A stretch of DNA of 64,000 bases from Candidatus Limnocylindria bacterium (GTDB lineage: Bacteria; Chloroflexota; Limnocylindria; QHBO01): contig JBBSLF010000001.1 in the NCBI GenBank assembly GCA_038255505.1, positions 2,549 to 66,548 on the forward strand, read 5' to 3'. The translations under genes were made by a program, and so were the position numbers. Below the pieces are notes generated by a model that saw only the letters and a list, made by a program, of their open reading frames with translations, did not search any database and was not told where the DNA came from. Each line of letters opens with the position of its first letter. Within the stretch, counting starts at the first letter, position 1. Of the stretch, positions 38,730 through 49,101 are shown piece by piece.

Positions 38730-39155
38730 TCACCCGGCGCTTCGCTCCACTGGTTGGCGAGTGAGAGGAACTCCCCAGTTGCCGACGATTGGACCGATGC
38801 GCCCCGGCGGCCAATAGCGCGCGACAGCCCGCCAGTGCACGGAGGAAGGAGGGAGTTCCCCGAACACGCGCGCATCGGTGCTGGCGGACGGATTGTCCCC
38901 GCGCAGCGTGACACCCCAGTCATCAACCGCCGTCACGCGCTTGATGAGCTCGCGGGCGGGATCGCGGGGATCGAACGCCAAGACGACGTCGGCGACACGC
39001 CCAGGCGCGCGGACGACGATCAGTCGGTCCCCGGGCTGGAGCGTGGGAACCATCGATTGACCGCGCACTTCGACCACGTCGATCCAGCGCCGAGCCCCAC
39101 ACACCGCGAGGATTACGAGGACGAGGAGCAGCAGGGCGCTGCGCCCCGTCGACAT
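38730..39155 (-). CDS. sodX: S26-family signal-peptidase-like protease. Probable Ni-SOD maturation protease.
   Basis: GQSMVPTLQPGD S26 motif. Immediately downstream of sodN. Confidence 0.7.
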   Translation of the reverse strand: MSTGRSALLLLVLVILAVCGARRWIDVVEVRGQSMVPTLQPGDRLIVVRAPGRVADVVLAFDPRDPARELIKRVTAVDDWGVTLRGDNPSASTDARVFGELPPSSVHWRAVARYWPPGRIGPIVGNWGVPLTRQPVERSAG

Positions 39156-39159
39156 CGGT

Positions 39160-39591
39160 CTAGGAAGGTCGGCCGTTCACGCGGGTCTTCTCCAGTCCGC
39201 CGGTTGCCTTCCACATCTCGTCGACCGTGTCGATCATGAACAGGAGTTCCTTGGCGGCGCCAGCGTCGAGTGACTGCTTGACCTTCGAGGCCTGTTTCGT
39301 GGCCTTCCAAAAGGTGTCGTGCAGGTCGGGATACTTCTCGAGGTGCTCCGGCTTGAAGTAGTCGTGCCACAGGACATCGAGGTGGTGCTTCACCAGCTCG
39401 GCGCGCTCTTCCTTGATTGCGATGCAGCGCGCGCGGAAGTGATCGTCATCGCTGGCGGCGTGCTTCTCGATGATGCGCAGGCATGACTCGGCCTCGATTC
39501 GCGCCTGTTCGGGGTCGTAGATTCCGCATGGGATGTCGCAATGCGCATCCACGATTCGGCTTGGGCGCAGGATGGAACGAAGACTGATCAT
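39160..39591 (-). CDS. sodN: Nickel-containing superoxide dismutase with N-terminal propeptide
   Basis: Ni-hook HCDIPCGIYDP immediately after a short propeptide (MISLRSILRPSRIVDA). Confidence 0.85.
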   Translation of the reverse strand: MISLRSILRPSRIVDAHCDIPCGIYDPEQARIEAESCLRIIEKHAASDDDHFRARCIAIKEERAELVKHHLDVLWHDYFKPEHLEKYPDLHDTFWKATKQASKVKQSLDAGAAKELLFMIDTVDEMWKATGGLEKTRVNGRPS

Positions 39592-39749
39592 CGGTTGCTT
39601 CTCCGGTAAGGAATCGCTTGCTGGTGTGGGCGTCATTCTACGTGCTTGCAAGCAGCCTGCCGGGGATGCAGCGAGACCCGGGAGAAGATCCCGGGTCTCG
39701 TGCGGCGGAGGGCGCCATCACTGCATACGGATGATGGCGCCGAAGTGGA

Positions 39750-40505
39750 TCAGCTGCCCATCACGATCCCGCCATCCACGCCCAACACCTGGCCAGTGAC
39801 ATAGCGTGCCTCGTCCGAGGCGAGATAGACGGCGGCGGCGGCCACGTCATCCACGGTGCCGATGTAGCCGAGCGGCGTCATGCCCTTGAGCGCTTCGGTG
39901 GCGGCCTCGGGCAGATCGGCGGTGAGGTCAGTGGTGATGAGGCCCGGCGCGATGGCGTTGCAGGTGATGCCGCGGCTGGCCAGCTCGCGGGCAGTTGTCT
40001 TGGTGAGGCCAATGAGCCCCGCCTTGGCGGCCGCGTAGTTGGCCTGTCCGGCATTGCCCATGCGTCCCGCAGCCGAGCTCATATTGATGATCCGGCCCGA
40101 GCGAGCCTTGAGCATCGGTCTGGCGATGGCGCGCGTCATCCAGAAGGGACCCGACAGATTGGTGGCGATCACCATGTCCCACTCCTCGGCATCCATTCGC
40201 ATGATGAGGTTGTCGCGCGTGATGCCGGCGTTGTTCACGAGAATGTCAATGCAGCCGAACTCGCCGAGCGCCGCCTTGACCATCGCCTCGCACGCTTCAC
40301 GGCCCTCGCTCGTGTCGCCCTGGATCGTGATGGCGCGACGGCCCTGATCGGTGATCTGCTGCGCCACTTCTTCGGCCGCCTCCGCGTTGCCGCGGTAGTT
40401 GATCGCGACGTCGGCCCCCTGCCCGGCCAGAGCGAGGGCGATGGCACGACCAAGGCCGCGGCTGCCCCCGGTCACGAGCGCAGTCTTGGCGGTCAGGTCG
40501 AACAT
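39750..40505 (-). CDS. fabG: 3-oxoacyl-[ACP] reductase
   Basis: TGGSRGLGRAIA Rossmann motif, SDR catalytic YAAAK. Confidence 0.85.
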   Translation of the reverse strand: MFDLTAKTALVTGGSRGLGRAIALALAGQGADVAINYRGNAEAAEEVAQQITDQGRRAITIQGDTSEGREACEAMVKAALGEFGCIDILVNNAGITRDNLIMRMDAEEWDMVIATNLSGPFWMTRAIARPMLKARSGRIINMSSAAGRMGNAGQANYAAAKAGLIGLTKTTARELASRGITCNAIAPGLITTDLTADLPEAATEALKGMTPLGYIGTVDDVAAAAVYLASDEARYVTGQVLGVDGGIVMGS

Positions 40506-40561
40506 CGTTCAGGGGTCTCCTCGTTGGTCAGATATTCATGAGGCGTGGCCACGTGGCCCGC

Positions 40562-41635
40562 TCACGCAGGGACGGCCACACCCTCGGGAGCACGCTGTGG
40601 CTTGCCCAGGCGGGTCTGTGAGCCGGGCGCCAAAAAGGCCCGATTCGGATCGGCCGTCCACTCCACGACGGCAGCGCCGGCGGTATATCCGGCACCGAAG
40701 GCCGCCATGAGCAGGCGGTCGCCGGGCTGGATGCGTCCGTCGGCAACGGCCTCCACCAGCGCCATCGGCACCGAAGCGGCCGAAGTGTTGCCATACTTTT
40801 CGATATTCAGGTACGTCTTGTCGCTCGGGATGCCGACGGCGTTCTGCACGCTCTCGATGATGCGCAGGTTGGCCTGGTGGAAGAGGAACTGGTCAACGTC
40901 GTCGACGCCCAGGCCCGCGTTGCGCAGCGCGGAGCGGGACGACTCGGCGAGCTGCCGCGTGGCGTACCTGTAGACCTCCTTGCCGGCCATGTGCACGAAA
41001 TGGCCGCCCTCGGCGACTGTCTTGGGCGTGGTCGGGCAGGCCGATCCACCGGCCGGGAAGATGATGCCTTCCTTTCCGCTGCCATCGCTGTACATGTCGA
41101 GGCCCAGCAGCCCGCCCGGCTCATCCGAGGCCGACACGATGACCGCTCCGGCTCCGTCACCGAACAGCACGCAGGTGTTGCGATCGGTGTAGTCCAGGAA
41201 GCGGCTCAACAGCTCCACCCCCACCACCAGGACGTTGCGGTACATCCCGCTGCGCACGTAGGCGGTGGCGGTGGCCAGCGAGAAGACGAACCCGGAGCAG
41301 GCGGCCATGAGGTCGAAGCCCGCGGCACGCTTCGCCCCCAGCTCGTGGGCCACAAGCACGGCCGTGGCCGGCATGTAGTAATCCGGCGAGCACGTGCCCA
41401 GAATGACGAGGTCCAGCTCGCTCGGGTCCATCCCAGCCACGGCCAGCGCATCCCGCGAGGCGTTCACGCTCAACGTGGTCGTAGTTTCGTTCTCTGCTGC
41501 GATCCGTCGCTCCCGGATCCCGGTCCGGCTGACGATCCACTCGTCGGACGTGTCGACCAGCTTCTCGAGGTCGGCGTTCGACATGATGCGCGACGGCGCG
41601 TACATCCCCCATCCGGTGATCAGCGCGTTGGTCAT
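40562..41635 (-). CDS. fabH: 3-oxoacyl-[ACP] synthase III
   Basis: KAS III features. ITGWGMYAPS N-terminus, conserved C-terminal FGAGYTAGA. Confidence 0.85.
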   Translation of the reverse strand: MTNALITGWGMYAPSRIMSNADLEKLVDTSDEWIVSRTGIRERRIAAENETTTTLSVNASRDALAVAGMDPSELDLVILGTCSPDYYMPATAVLVAHELGAKRAAGFDLMAACSGFVFSLATATAYVRSGMYRNVLVVGVELLSRFLDYTDRNTCVLFGDGAGAVIVSASDEPGGLLGLDMYSDGSGKEGIIFPAGGSACPTTPKTVAEGGHFVHMAGKEVYRYATRQLAESSRSALRNAGLGVDDVDQFLFHQANLRIIESVQNAVGIPSDKTYLNIEKYGNTSAASVPMALVEAVADGRIQPGDRLLMAAFGAGYTAGAAVVEWTADPNRAFLAPGSQTRLGKPQRAPEGVAVPA

Positions 41636-41667
41636 TAGAGGTGCTCCTTGGGGATTCGTGGCATCGG

Positions 41668-42138
41668 TCATCGGGGATCGAGCTCCAGCAAGGGCTGCTT
41701 GCGCTTCACGAGCGCGCCGTTCTCGACCAGGACGCGGGTGACCGTTCCGGACGCATCGGACTTGATCTCGTTGAACAGCTTCATTGCCTCGATCATGCCG
41801 ACGACCTGGCCGGTACCGATCTCGTCCCCCTCGTTGACGTATGGCCGTGCGCCCGGCGATGGCGAGGGATACCAGACCCCGGTCAGCGGCGCGCTCACGA
41901 AGCGCATCCCGGCAGCCGGCTCGCCGAACGGGGTCAGACCGTTGGTGGGCGGCGCCGCGACTGGCTCAACGGCCGCCGGTGCGGGCGCCGTCGCACGGAC
42001 ATCAGGAGTCCGCGGGCGGGCCAGGCGGATCCGCAGGTCGCCCAGCGACAGCTCGAGTTCCTCCAGGCCGGCCCGCTCGAACCCCGGCGCCAGCAGGTCC
42101 ACCGCGGCCAATATGGGATCGTCGGAACGCTCGGTCAT
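41668..42138 (-). CDS. accB: Biotin carboxyl carrier protein of acetyl-CoA carboxylase
   Basis: Biotinyl-lysine motif IEAMKLFNEI. Confidence 0.8.
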   Translation of the reverse strand: MTERSDDPILAAVDLLAPGFERAGLEELELSLGDLRIRLARPRTPDVRATAPAPAAVEPVAAPPTNGLTPFGEPAAGMRFVSAPLTGVWYPSPSPGARPYVNEGDEIGTGQVVGMIEAMKLFNEIKSDASGTVTRVLVENGALVKRKQPLLELDPR

Positions 42139-43400
42139 CAGTCGTCGTACCGCCGGAAGACCAGGGTGGCGTTGTGCCCGCCGAAGCCGAAGCTGTTGCT
42201 CATGCCGACCGCAATCGGCACCTCGCGCGCCTCGTTCGGCACGTAATCGAGGTCGCAGTCGGGGTCGGGATGCTCCTGGTTGATGGTCGGCGGAAGGATC
42301 CCGGTCTGGATCGCGCGGATGGTGGCGATTGCCTCGACGCCACCACCGGCGCCCATGAGATGCCCGGTCATCGACTTCGTGCTGCTCACCGGAATCTCGT
42401 ACGCCCGCCCGCCGAAGAGGGTCTTGATGGCGGCCGTCTCGGATCGGTCATTCGGCGGCGTGCTCGTTCCATGCGCGTTGATGTAGTCGATGTCATCAGT
42501 CGTCAGGCCAGCATCGGCGATGGCGACGCGCATGCTCTGCACCGCGCCCCTCCCTCCCGGTGCCGGAAGCGTGATATGCGAGGCGTCGTCGGTGGCTCCA
42601 TAGCCGACCACCTCGGCGTGGATCGTCGCGCCGCGCGCCTGCGCATGCTCGAGCGATTCAAGGACGAGAACGCCCGCGCCGTCGCCCATCACGAAGCCAT
42701 CACGCTCCGCGTCGAACGGGCGTGACGCCTTCTCGGGATCATCGTTGCGTTTGGTGGAGAGCGCGCGCATGGCACTGAACGCGGCGATGGGAATCTCGCC
42801 GATGCCGGCCTCAGCGCCACCCGCGATCATGATGTCCGCGTCACCGCGGCGGATGATGTTCAACGAGTCGCCTATGGCATGGTTCGAGCTCGAGCACGCA
42901 CTGACGGTCGCGTAGTTCGGTCCGCGGGCGTTGGCATAGATGGCGACATAGCCGGCCGCCATGTCCGGAATCAGGGCCGTGACCAGGAATGGACCGATGC
43001 GTTCCACGCCGTGGAGCGCGGCCTCGGTGACGTCGCGAATCATGGTGTTGATGCCACCGATTCCCGAGCCGATGATGGCGCCCGTGCGCCAGGCGAGCGC
43101 CTCGTCCTCGATGGGGCTCGGGAGCCCGGCGTCACGCATCGCCTCGGCTACCGCGGCCCACGCGAAATGAACGTACCGATCGTGCCGGCGAACCTCCTTG
43201 CGCGGCATGACCGTATCGGCGTCGAAGTCCTTGATCTCGCCGGCCACCTTGCAGGCGGTCTTGACCGGATCGAAGCTGGTGATCGGTCCGATCCCGCTGC
43301 GACCGTTGACGAGCCCATCCCAGAAGGTGGCGACATCGTTGCCGAGGGGGGTCAGGGCTCCCATGCCGGTCACCACCACCCGATGTTCGCCGTCACGCAT
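42138..43400 (-). CDS. fabF: 3-oxoacyl-[ACP] synthase II
   Basis: [15 protein letters not shown]-terminus and KAS I/II core. ATG at 43398-43400. Confidence 0.85.
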   Translation of the reverse strand: MRDGEHRVVVTGMGALTPLGNDVATFWDGLVNGRSGIGPITSFDPVKTACKVAGEIKDFDADTVMPRKEVRRHDRYVHFAWAAVAEAMRDAGLPSPIEDEALAWRTGAIIGSGIGGINTMIRDVTEAALHGVERIGPFLVTALIPDMAAGYVAIYANARGPNYATVSACSSSNHAIGDSLNIIRRGDADIMIAGGAEAGIGEIPIAAFSAMRALSTKRNDDPEKASRPFDAERDGFVMGDGAGVLVLESLEHAQARGATIHAEVVGYGATDDASHITLPAPGGRGAVQSMRVAIADAGLTTDDIDYINAHGTSTPPNDRSETAAIKTLFGGRAYEIPVSSTKSMTGHLMGAGGGVEAIATIRAIQTGILPPTINQEHPDPDCDLDYVPNEAREVPIAVGMSNSFGFGGHNATLVFRRYDD

Positions 43401-43881
43401 CGATAGCTCCTCCGTCAGGCTGCTGGTCTCGCGGGATGATGATCGAGAGCGTTGCCTCGACGGCGATCTCGCTCTCAACGGTCGCCACGCCGCGCAGACG
43501 TCCGAACATCCCGCGCAGCTTCTCGACCGTCACCTCGAGGCGCAGCGTGTCCCCCGGGACCACCATGCGCCGGAAGCGGCAATCGTCGATGCCGGCGAAC
43601 AACCCCAACTTGCCGCGATACTCGTCGAGCGTGAGGACCGCCACGCCGGCCGTCTGCGCCAGCGCCTCGACCATCAGCACGCCGGGCATGATCGGACGAC
43701 CCGGGAAGTGCCCGGTGAAGTGGGGCTCATTGACGGTGACCTGCTTGATGCCGACAGCTCGGACGCCCGGCTCCAGCTCGACGATTCGGTCGACGAGGAG
43801 GAAGGGGTGGCGGTGCGGCAGGATGCCCATGATGTCCGCCGCCTCGAGCGGGAGGGTGTACGTGGTCGTTTCGGTGGTCAT
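43393..43881 (-). CDS. fabZ: 3-hydroxyacyl-[ACP] dehydratase
   Basis: [13 protein letters not shown]...[18 protein letters not shown] hot-dog motifs. Confidence 0.85.
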   Translation of the reverse strand: MTTETTTYTLPLEAADIMGILPHRHPFLLVDRIVELEPGVRAVGIKQVTVNEPHFTGHFPGRPIMPGVLMVEALAQTAGVAVLTLDEYRGKLGLFAGIDDCRFRRMVVPGDTLRLEVTVEKLRGMFGRLRGVATVESEIAVEATLSIIIPRDQQPDGGAIDA

Positions 43882-45247
43882 CGCTCTCCCTGGCTGGTCA
43901 CGAACGCGGCGGGACCCACGCGGTCGAGCAGGTTCGTGTTCACGCGCGCCTCGAGGAACGCGTCATTGTCGATGATCCCACGGTGAAACGGAATGTTCGT
44001 CTTCACGCCGCCGATCTCGAACTCCGCGAGCGCGCGTCGCGATCGGGCCAGGGCGATCTCCCGTGTCTCGCCCCACACGATCAGCTTGGCCAGCAGGCTG
44101 TCGTAGAAGGGCGGGATCTCGTAGCCCGCGTAGAGATGCGTGTCAACGCGCACGCCCGGCCCGCCGGGGAGGTTGAGCGACTCGACCTCGCCGGTCTGGG
44201 GGCTGAAGTTGTCGCTCGGATCCTCGGCGTTGATGCGGAACTCGATCGCGTGGCCGCGGAACGCGATCTGCTCCTGGCGCAGGCTGAGCGGCTCGCCGGC
44301 CGCGATGCGAATCTGCTCGGTGATGAGGTCGATGCCGGTCAGCATCTCGGTCACCGGATGCTCGACCTGGACCCGGCAGTTGATCTCGATGAAGAAGAAG
44401 TTGCCGTCCGCGTCGAGCAGGAATTCGAGGGTCCCGGCGCTCTCGTATCCGGCAGACACCACGCTTCGAATTGCGAGGTCGCGCAGCCGATTGCGGCTCG
44501 CGTCGTCCAGGGCCGGCGACGGCCCTTCCTCGATGATCTTCTGGTGCCGTCGCTGGACGCTGCAATCACGCTCGCCGAGGTGGATGCCGTTGCCGTGACG
44601 GTCGACCATGACCTGCACCTCGACGTGGCGCGACTCCTCGATCCACTTCTCGAAGTATATGGAGTCGTCACCGAAGGCTGCCTGCGCCTCCGAACGTGCC
44701 AGTGGCAGCGACGTCTCCATCTCGCGTGGGCTGCGCACCAGGCGCATGCCCCGACCACCGCCGCCGGCCGATGGCTTGAGCAGGACCGGATACCCGGACG
44801 CGCCTGCCTGCTCGAGGGCGTCGCCGAGATCGCTGACGATGCCATTGCTACCGGGGACCGTGGGCAGGCCGGTGGCCGCCAGCATGCGCCGCACCGCGTA
44901 CTTGCTCGCGAAGCGCTCGAGGACCTCCGGTCGCGGGCCGATGAAGGTCAGATCATGCGCGACGCAGGCCTCGGCGAAGGTTGCGTCCTCGCTCAAGAAT
45001 CCGTATCCGGGATGAATGGCGTCGCAGCCGGTGATCATGGCGGCACTGATGACAGCAGGCTGATTCAGGTAGCTCTTGCGCGCCTCAGCCGGACCGATGC
45101 AGATCGTTTCGTCGGCGAGCTTCACCGCCAGGGTGTCGCGATCTGCCTCGCTGTACGCGACGACGGCCGGAACGCCGAGATCGCGGCATGCCCGAAGGAT
45201 GCGAACGGCGATCTCGCCGCGGTTGGCAATGAGAATCTTGGCGAACA
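43878..45247 (-). CDS. accC: Acetyl-CoA carboxylase biotin carboxylase subunit
   Basis: [17 protein letters not shown]-grasp. Probable GTG start at 45245-45247 just after the fabD stop. Confidence 0.8.
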
Positions 45248-45250
45248 CGA

Positions 45251-46204
45251 CTAGAACGATGCCTTCGCGGGCACGGTCGCGCGCAGCATCTCGGAAGCCG
45301 ATGCGAGCGAGGCGGCATTGGTCACGCTCGCTGTGCGCACCTGCGGTGCGATGCGCCTGATCATGCCGACCAGCGCCGTACCCGATCCGCACTCGATCAT
45401 CGTGTCCACCCCATCATCGACCATGCGCTCGACACAACGGACCCACTCCACCGGCGAACGCACCTGCTCGGCGAGGAGGTTTCGAATCCGTGATGCATCG
45501 GTCAGGGGCTCCGCCGTCACGTTGCTCACCACCGGTATCGTGGCGTCGTTCCAGCGCTCGGCCTCGAAGGCGTCGGCCAGTCGGCCGGCCACGCCCGCCA
45601 TGAGCGGCGAGTGAAAGGCCCCGGAGACCGGCAGGCGGATGACCCGTTTCGCCCCAGCGGCACGCATCGGCTCCGCGATGGCGTCGAGTGCCGCGCTGGT
45701 CCCGGAGATGACGACCTGGCCGGGCGCGTTGTCGTTGGCCACGGCCAGCTCCGTGGGACGGGCGATGGCGGCCACGACCTGCTCGACGGTTGGCCGTTCG
45801 AGACCGAGCACCGCGACCATGCCCCCGTCCGCGCCGACGCCGGCCATCAGCTGGCCGCGGCGAGTCACCAGGCGGAGGGCGGCATCAAGCTCGAGCACGC
45901 CGGCCGCAACGAGCGCCGCGTACTCGCCGACCGAGTGCCCCGCGACGAAGGCGGGCGTCTCGGCAGCCGACTCGGCCAGGGCGCGCAGGGCCGCCACTGA
46001 CGTGGCCAGCAGACACGGCTGGGTCTGCCGCGTGTCATTCAAGCGCTCTTCCGGTCCATTCCAGCACACCTCGCTGACCGACCAGGAAAGCACACGATCG
46101 GCCTCGTCGAAGACCGCGCGCGCGGCGGGTGAAGCTTCAGCCAATTCGCGCCCCATGCCGACCACCTGGGATCCCTGCGGACTGAACAACAGCGCCAGGC
46201 TCAT
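45251..46204 (-). CDS. fabD: Malonyl-CoA:ACP transacylase
   Basis: GHSVGEYAA active-site serine motif. Confidence 0.85.
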   Translation of the reverse strand: MSLALLFSPQGSQVVGMGRELAEASPAARAVFDEADRVLSWSVSEVCWNGPEERLNDTRQTQPCLLATSVAALRALAESAAETPAFVAGHSVGEYAALVAAGVLELDAALRLVTRRGQLMAGVGADGGMVAVLGLERPTVEQVVAAIARPTELAVANDNAPGQVVISGTSAALDAIAEPMRAAGAKRVIRLPVSGAFHSPLMAGVAGRLADAFEAERWNDATIPVVSNVTAEPLTDASRIRNLLAEQVRSPVEWVRCVERMVDDGVDTMIECGSGTALVGMIRRIAPQVRTASVTNAASLASASEMLRATVPAKASF

Positions 46205-46653
46205 CGGGCGCGCTCGCCAGCGTCGATCTCGAGCACGACCTGGCCGTACTCGACCGCCTCGCCCGTCTCGGCCACGAGGTGTCGGACGGTGCCGCCGCGC
46301 GGCGCGCGGACGTCATGGCGAACCCCGAGCATCTCGACGTGCCCGAGCTCGTCTCCCTTGGCCACCTCGAGTCCCGGCCCGAGGCCGTCGGCGTACACGA
46401 AGAAGCCGACCGCCGGTGATGCGATGCCGAGCGATGCCGGGGCAGCATCCGGCGCGGGTTGCTTCGCCGTGGAGACAGGGATGGTGGCCGGCGTGGCCTC
46501 GGTACGATCCCCGGAGGCCACGCGAAGGTGAAGGTCGCCCATGGTGACCTCGATCTCACCCAGGTGATAACGAGCCAGGCGCTCGGTGAGCTGCGGTACG
46601 AGCTCGTCGGCCGCTCGCGCAATCGCGGTCAGGGCCGGGTCGGAATCGGTCAT
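46201..46653 (-). CDS. Biotinyl-domain (BCCP-like) protein lacking the biotinylation lysine
   Basis: Hammerhead-type C-terminal domain VAKGDELGHVEMLGVRHDVRAPRGGTV aligns to the AccB EAMK region with Lys replaced by Gly. Coupled by 4-bp overlaps to accA and fabD. Confidence 0.55.
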   Translation of the reverse strand: MTDSDPALTAIARAADELVPQLTERLARYHLGEIEVTMGDLHLRVASGDRTEATPATIPVSTAKQPAPDAAPASLGIASPAVGFFVYADGLGPGLEVAKGDELGHVEMLGVRHDVRAPRGGTVRHLVAETGEAVEYGQVVLEIDAGERAR

Positions 46654-47648
46654 GCGCCCCTCTCGCTCTCGTCGTCGTTGCCATCACTCGGCCAGATCTC
46701 GCTCCAGCGCGGCCGGCGCGGGACCCCGGGCAGATGGAGGATCCGGCCGATCCGGCGACGCAACGAGGGCGCCTCCGGCGGGCGGATGGGACCTGCTCCG
46801 GTCTCGAGATAGGCGCCCATGCCGCGCAACCGAGCATAGCGCGTCGCAAGCAGGGCGTCGGTCCCGCTGGCGGTCAGCCGGCGCAGCGCGGAGAGAATGG
46901 CGGCCTTCACGGCACCCGCCGTGGCCTCATGATCGGTATGGGCTCCCTCCCCGGGCTCGGCGATGATGGCATCGACCACGCCAAGCTCGACCTGGTCGTC
47001 GGCGGTCATGCGCATCGCGGCGGCCGCGGTTCGTGCGTCGTCACGCGAGCGCCACAGGATCGAGGCACAGCCCTCGGGACTGATGACCGAATACACGGCG
47101 TTCTCGAGCGCCAGCACAACGTCGCCGACGCCGATGGCCAGCGCGCCGCCCGACCCGCCCTCGCCCAGCACCACCACGACGATGGGTACCTGGAGGCCGG
47201 TCATGAGCTTGACGCTCGAGGCGATCGCCTCCGCCTGGCCGCGCTCCTCGGCCGCCGGCCCGGGGAACGCGCCGGCAGTGTCGAGGAACGTGACGACCGG
47301 CAGGCCGAGCTTGTCGGCCAACCGCATGGCGCGTTGCGCCTTGCGGAAACCCTCCGGGTGCGGCGACCCGAAGTTGCGCAGGATGTGCGATTCCGTGTCC
47401 GTCCCCTTCTGATGGCCGATGACCATCACCGGCCTGCCATCGAGCAACGCCGGTCCGGCGACGATGGCCGCGTCATCCCCGAAGGCGCGGTCGCCGTGCA
47501 GCTCGAAGAAGCCGGTGAAGATGAGCGGAACGAGATCGAGCGTGCGCGGACGCTGGGGATGCCGCGCCAGCTGGACGCGACGCCAGGCGGCCTCGACCGC
47601 GTCGGGCGTGGGCGGTGCCGCGCCCGCGACCAGCGGACCGTCGTTCAT
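46650..47648 (-). CDS. accA: Acetyl-CoA carboxylase carboxyltransferase alpha subunit
   Basis: GGSGGALAIG...NAVYSVISPEGCASILW. ATG at 47646-47648. Confidence 0.8.
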   Translation of the reverse strand: MNDGPLVAGAAPPTPDAVEAAWRRVQLARHPQRPRTLDLVPLIFTGFFELHGDRAFGDDAAIVAGPALLDGRPVMVIGHQKGTDTESHILRNFGSPHPEGFRKAQRAMRLADKLGLPVVTFLDTAGAFPGPAAEERGQAEAIASSVKLMTGLQVPIVVVVLGEGGSGGALAIGVGDVVLALENAVYSVISPEGCASILWRSRDDARTAAAAMRMTADDQVELGVVDAIIAEPGEGAHTDHEATAGAVKAAILSALRRLTASGTDALLATRYARLRGMGAYLETGAGPIRPPEAPSLRRRIGRILHLPGVPRRPRWSEIWPSDGNDDESERGA

Positions 47649-48658
47649 GATCGATCCTCCCCGGGCCGGGGCTTCGCTGCCGTGCCGGTCGGGCGCGAGC
47701 CATTGCCGCTGTCGAGGGCGTCGACATCGATGCCGATCCTCTCGCTGACTGCGCCCCCAACCCGCTCGGCCAGGCCGGACAGAGCGCCAATCGGCCCCCA
47801 TGTGCGCTCGGCATCGGTCAGGATGCCGTCGTCGATCGGAGCCGCCGGCAGAAGGCGCAGGAGGCGGGAGAGGGTGGTGCGGAGCTCGCCACGCGGAACG
47901 ATCGCGTCCACGAAGCCGTGGGCAAGCAGGAATTCAGCGGTCTGGAAGCCTTCGGGCATTTCCTCGCCGACCGTATCGGATGCCACGCGGGCGCCAGCGA
48001 AGCCGATGAGCGCCTTCGGCTCGGCCAGGATGACATCGCCCAGGCTTGCGAAGCTGGCCAGCACGCCGCCCGTGGTCGGATCGGTCAGCACGGCGATGAA
48101 CGGCACGCCGGCCGCATCCATGCGCGCCAGTGGCGCGGTTGTCTTGGCCAGCTGCATGAGCGCGAGCGTGCCCTCCTGCATGCGGGCGCCACCCGAGGCG
48201 CTCACCACGATGGCCGGGATTCGCTCTTCGAGCGCGGTCTCGAAGCAGCGCGCCAGCTTCTCGCCGACGACCGCGCCCATGCTGCCACCCATGAACCGGA
48301 AGTCGAAGATGCCGATTGCGACGCGCTGCCCCTCGATGTGGCCGATGCCCCACACGACCGCGTCGCGCAGGCCGGTCTTGACCTGCGACGCCTCCAGTCG
48401 GTGCGAGTACGGGCGATCGTCATGGAAACCGAGCCGGTCGACCGCCTCGAGACCGGCGTCCCGCTCCTCGAAGCTGTTCGGATCGAGCAGGAGGTCGATC
48501 CGCTCCCCGACCGACATCCGGAAGTGATGGCCGCACTCCGGACACAGGCGCAAGGTGCGCTCGAGTTGCTTGTTGAATACCTGCGCATCGCAGGCCGGGC
48601 ATTTGGTCCAGGCGTCCGAAGGCGCGGCACGACGGCTGAACGGGAACTTGATCGGCAA
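47645..48658 (-). CDS. accD: Acetyl-CoA carboxylase carboxyltransferase beta subunit
   Basis: N-terminal zinc finger CPACDAQ...CPECGHH, then carboxyltransferase domain. Confidence 0.85.
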   Translation of the reverse strand: MPIKFPFSRRAAPSDAWTKCPACDAQVFNKQLERTLRLCPECGHHFRMSVGERIDLLLDPNSFEERDAGLEAVDRLGFHDDRPYSHRLEASQVKTGLRDAVVWGIGHIEGQRVAIGIFDFRFMGGSMGAVVGEKLARCFETALEERIPAIVVSASGGARMQEGTLALMQLAKTTAPLARMDAAGVPFIAVLTDPTTGGVLASFASLGDVILAEPKALIGFAGARVASDTVGEEMPEGFQTAEFLLAHGFVDAIVPRGELRTTLSRLLRLLPAAPIDDGILTDAERTWGPIGALSGLAERVGGAVSERIGIDVDALDSGNGSRPTGTAAKPRPGEDRS

Positions 48659-48670
48659 TCCTCTAGGTCC

Positions 48671-49039
48671 TCATCTGCCGAGAAACCGATGCGGCGCGCC
48701 ACGTCGCGAGCTGCGCCAGACCGCATACGCGGTCACACCCACGCCAACCGCGGATCCGACGGCGCCGGTGACGATCAGGCGGCCCGGGTGGCGAAGCGCC
48801 CACGCCAGCGCATCGCGTGATTCGACCGCGCCCTTCAGTCGGTAATCCAGGCGGCTCTCGAATCCCGGCGAGGCCGGGAGTACCGGCAGGGCGGCGCGCA
48901 CGGACTCGGCCACCTCGATCAGGGGACGCGTCGTGAGATCGAGGCCGGCACTGGCGCTGGCCACGGCCAGGCTGGCGCCGCCGAGCACCTGTCCGATGGC
49001 GTGGTCAAGTCGTTCGGCGACCGATGGAGGTGGGTTCAT
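48671..49039 (-). CDS. Hypothetical small tail-anchored protein, possibly anti-sigma partner of the upstream ECF sigma
   Basis: C-terminal TM LIVTGAVGSAVGVGVTAYAVW. Position directly after the ECF sigma gene. No zinc-binding motif. Confidence 0.35.
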   Translation of the reverse strand: MNPPPSVAERLDHAIGQVLGGASLAVASASAGLDLTTRPLIEVAESVRAALPVLPASPGFESRLDYRLKGAVESRDALAWALRHPGRLIVTGAVGSAVGVGVTAYAVWRSSRRGAPHRFLGR

Positions 49040-49101
49040 GACGTTCCTGCTAACACCGCGGGGGCCGATACGTTACACCGGGCGACGTTCCTGCCTCCAG
49101 C

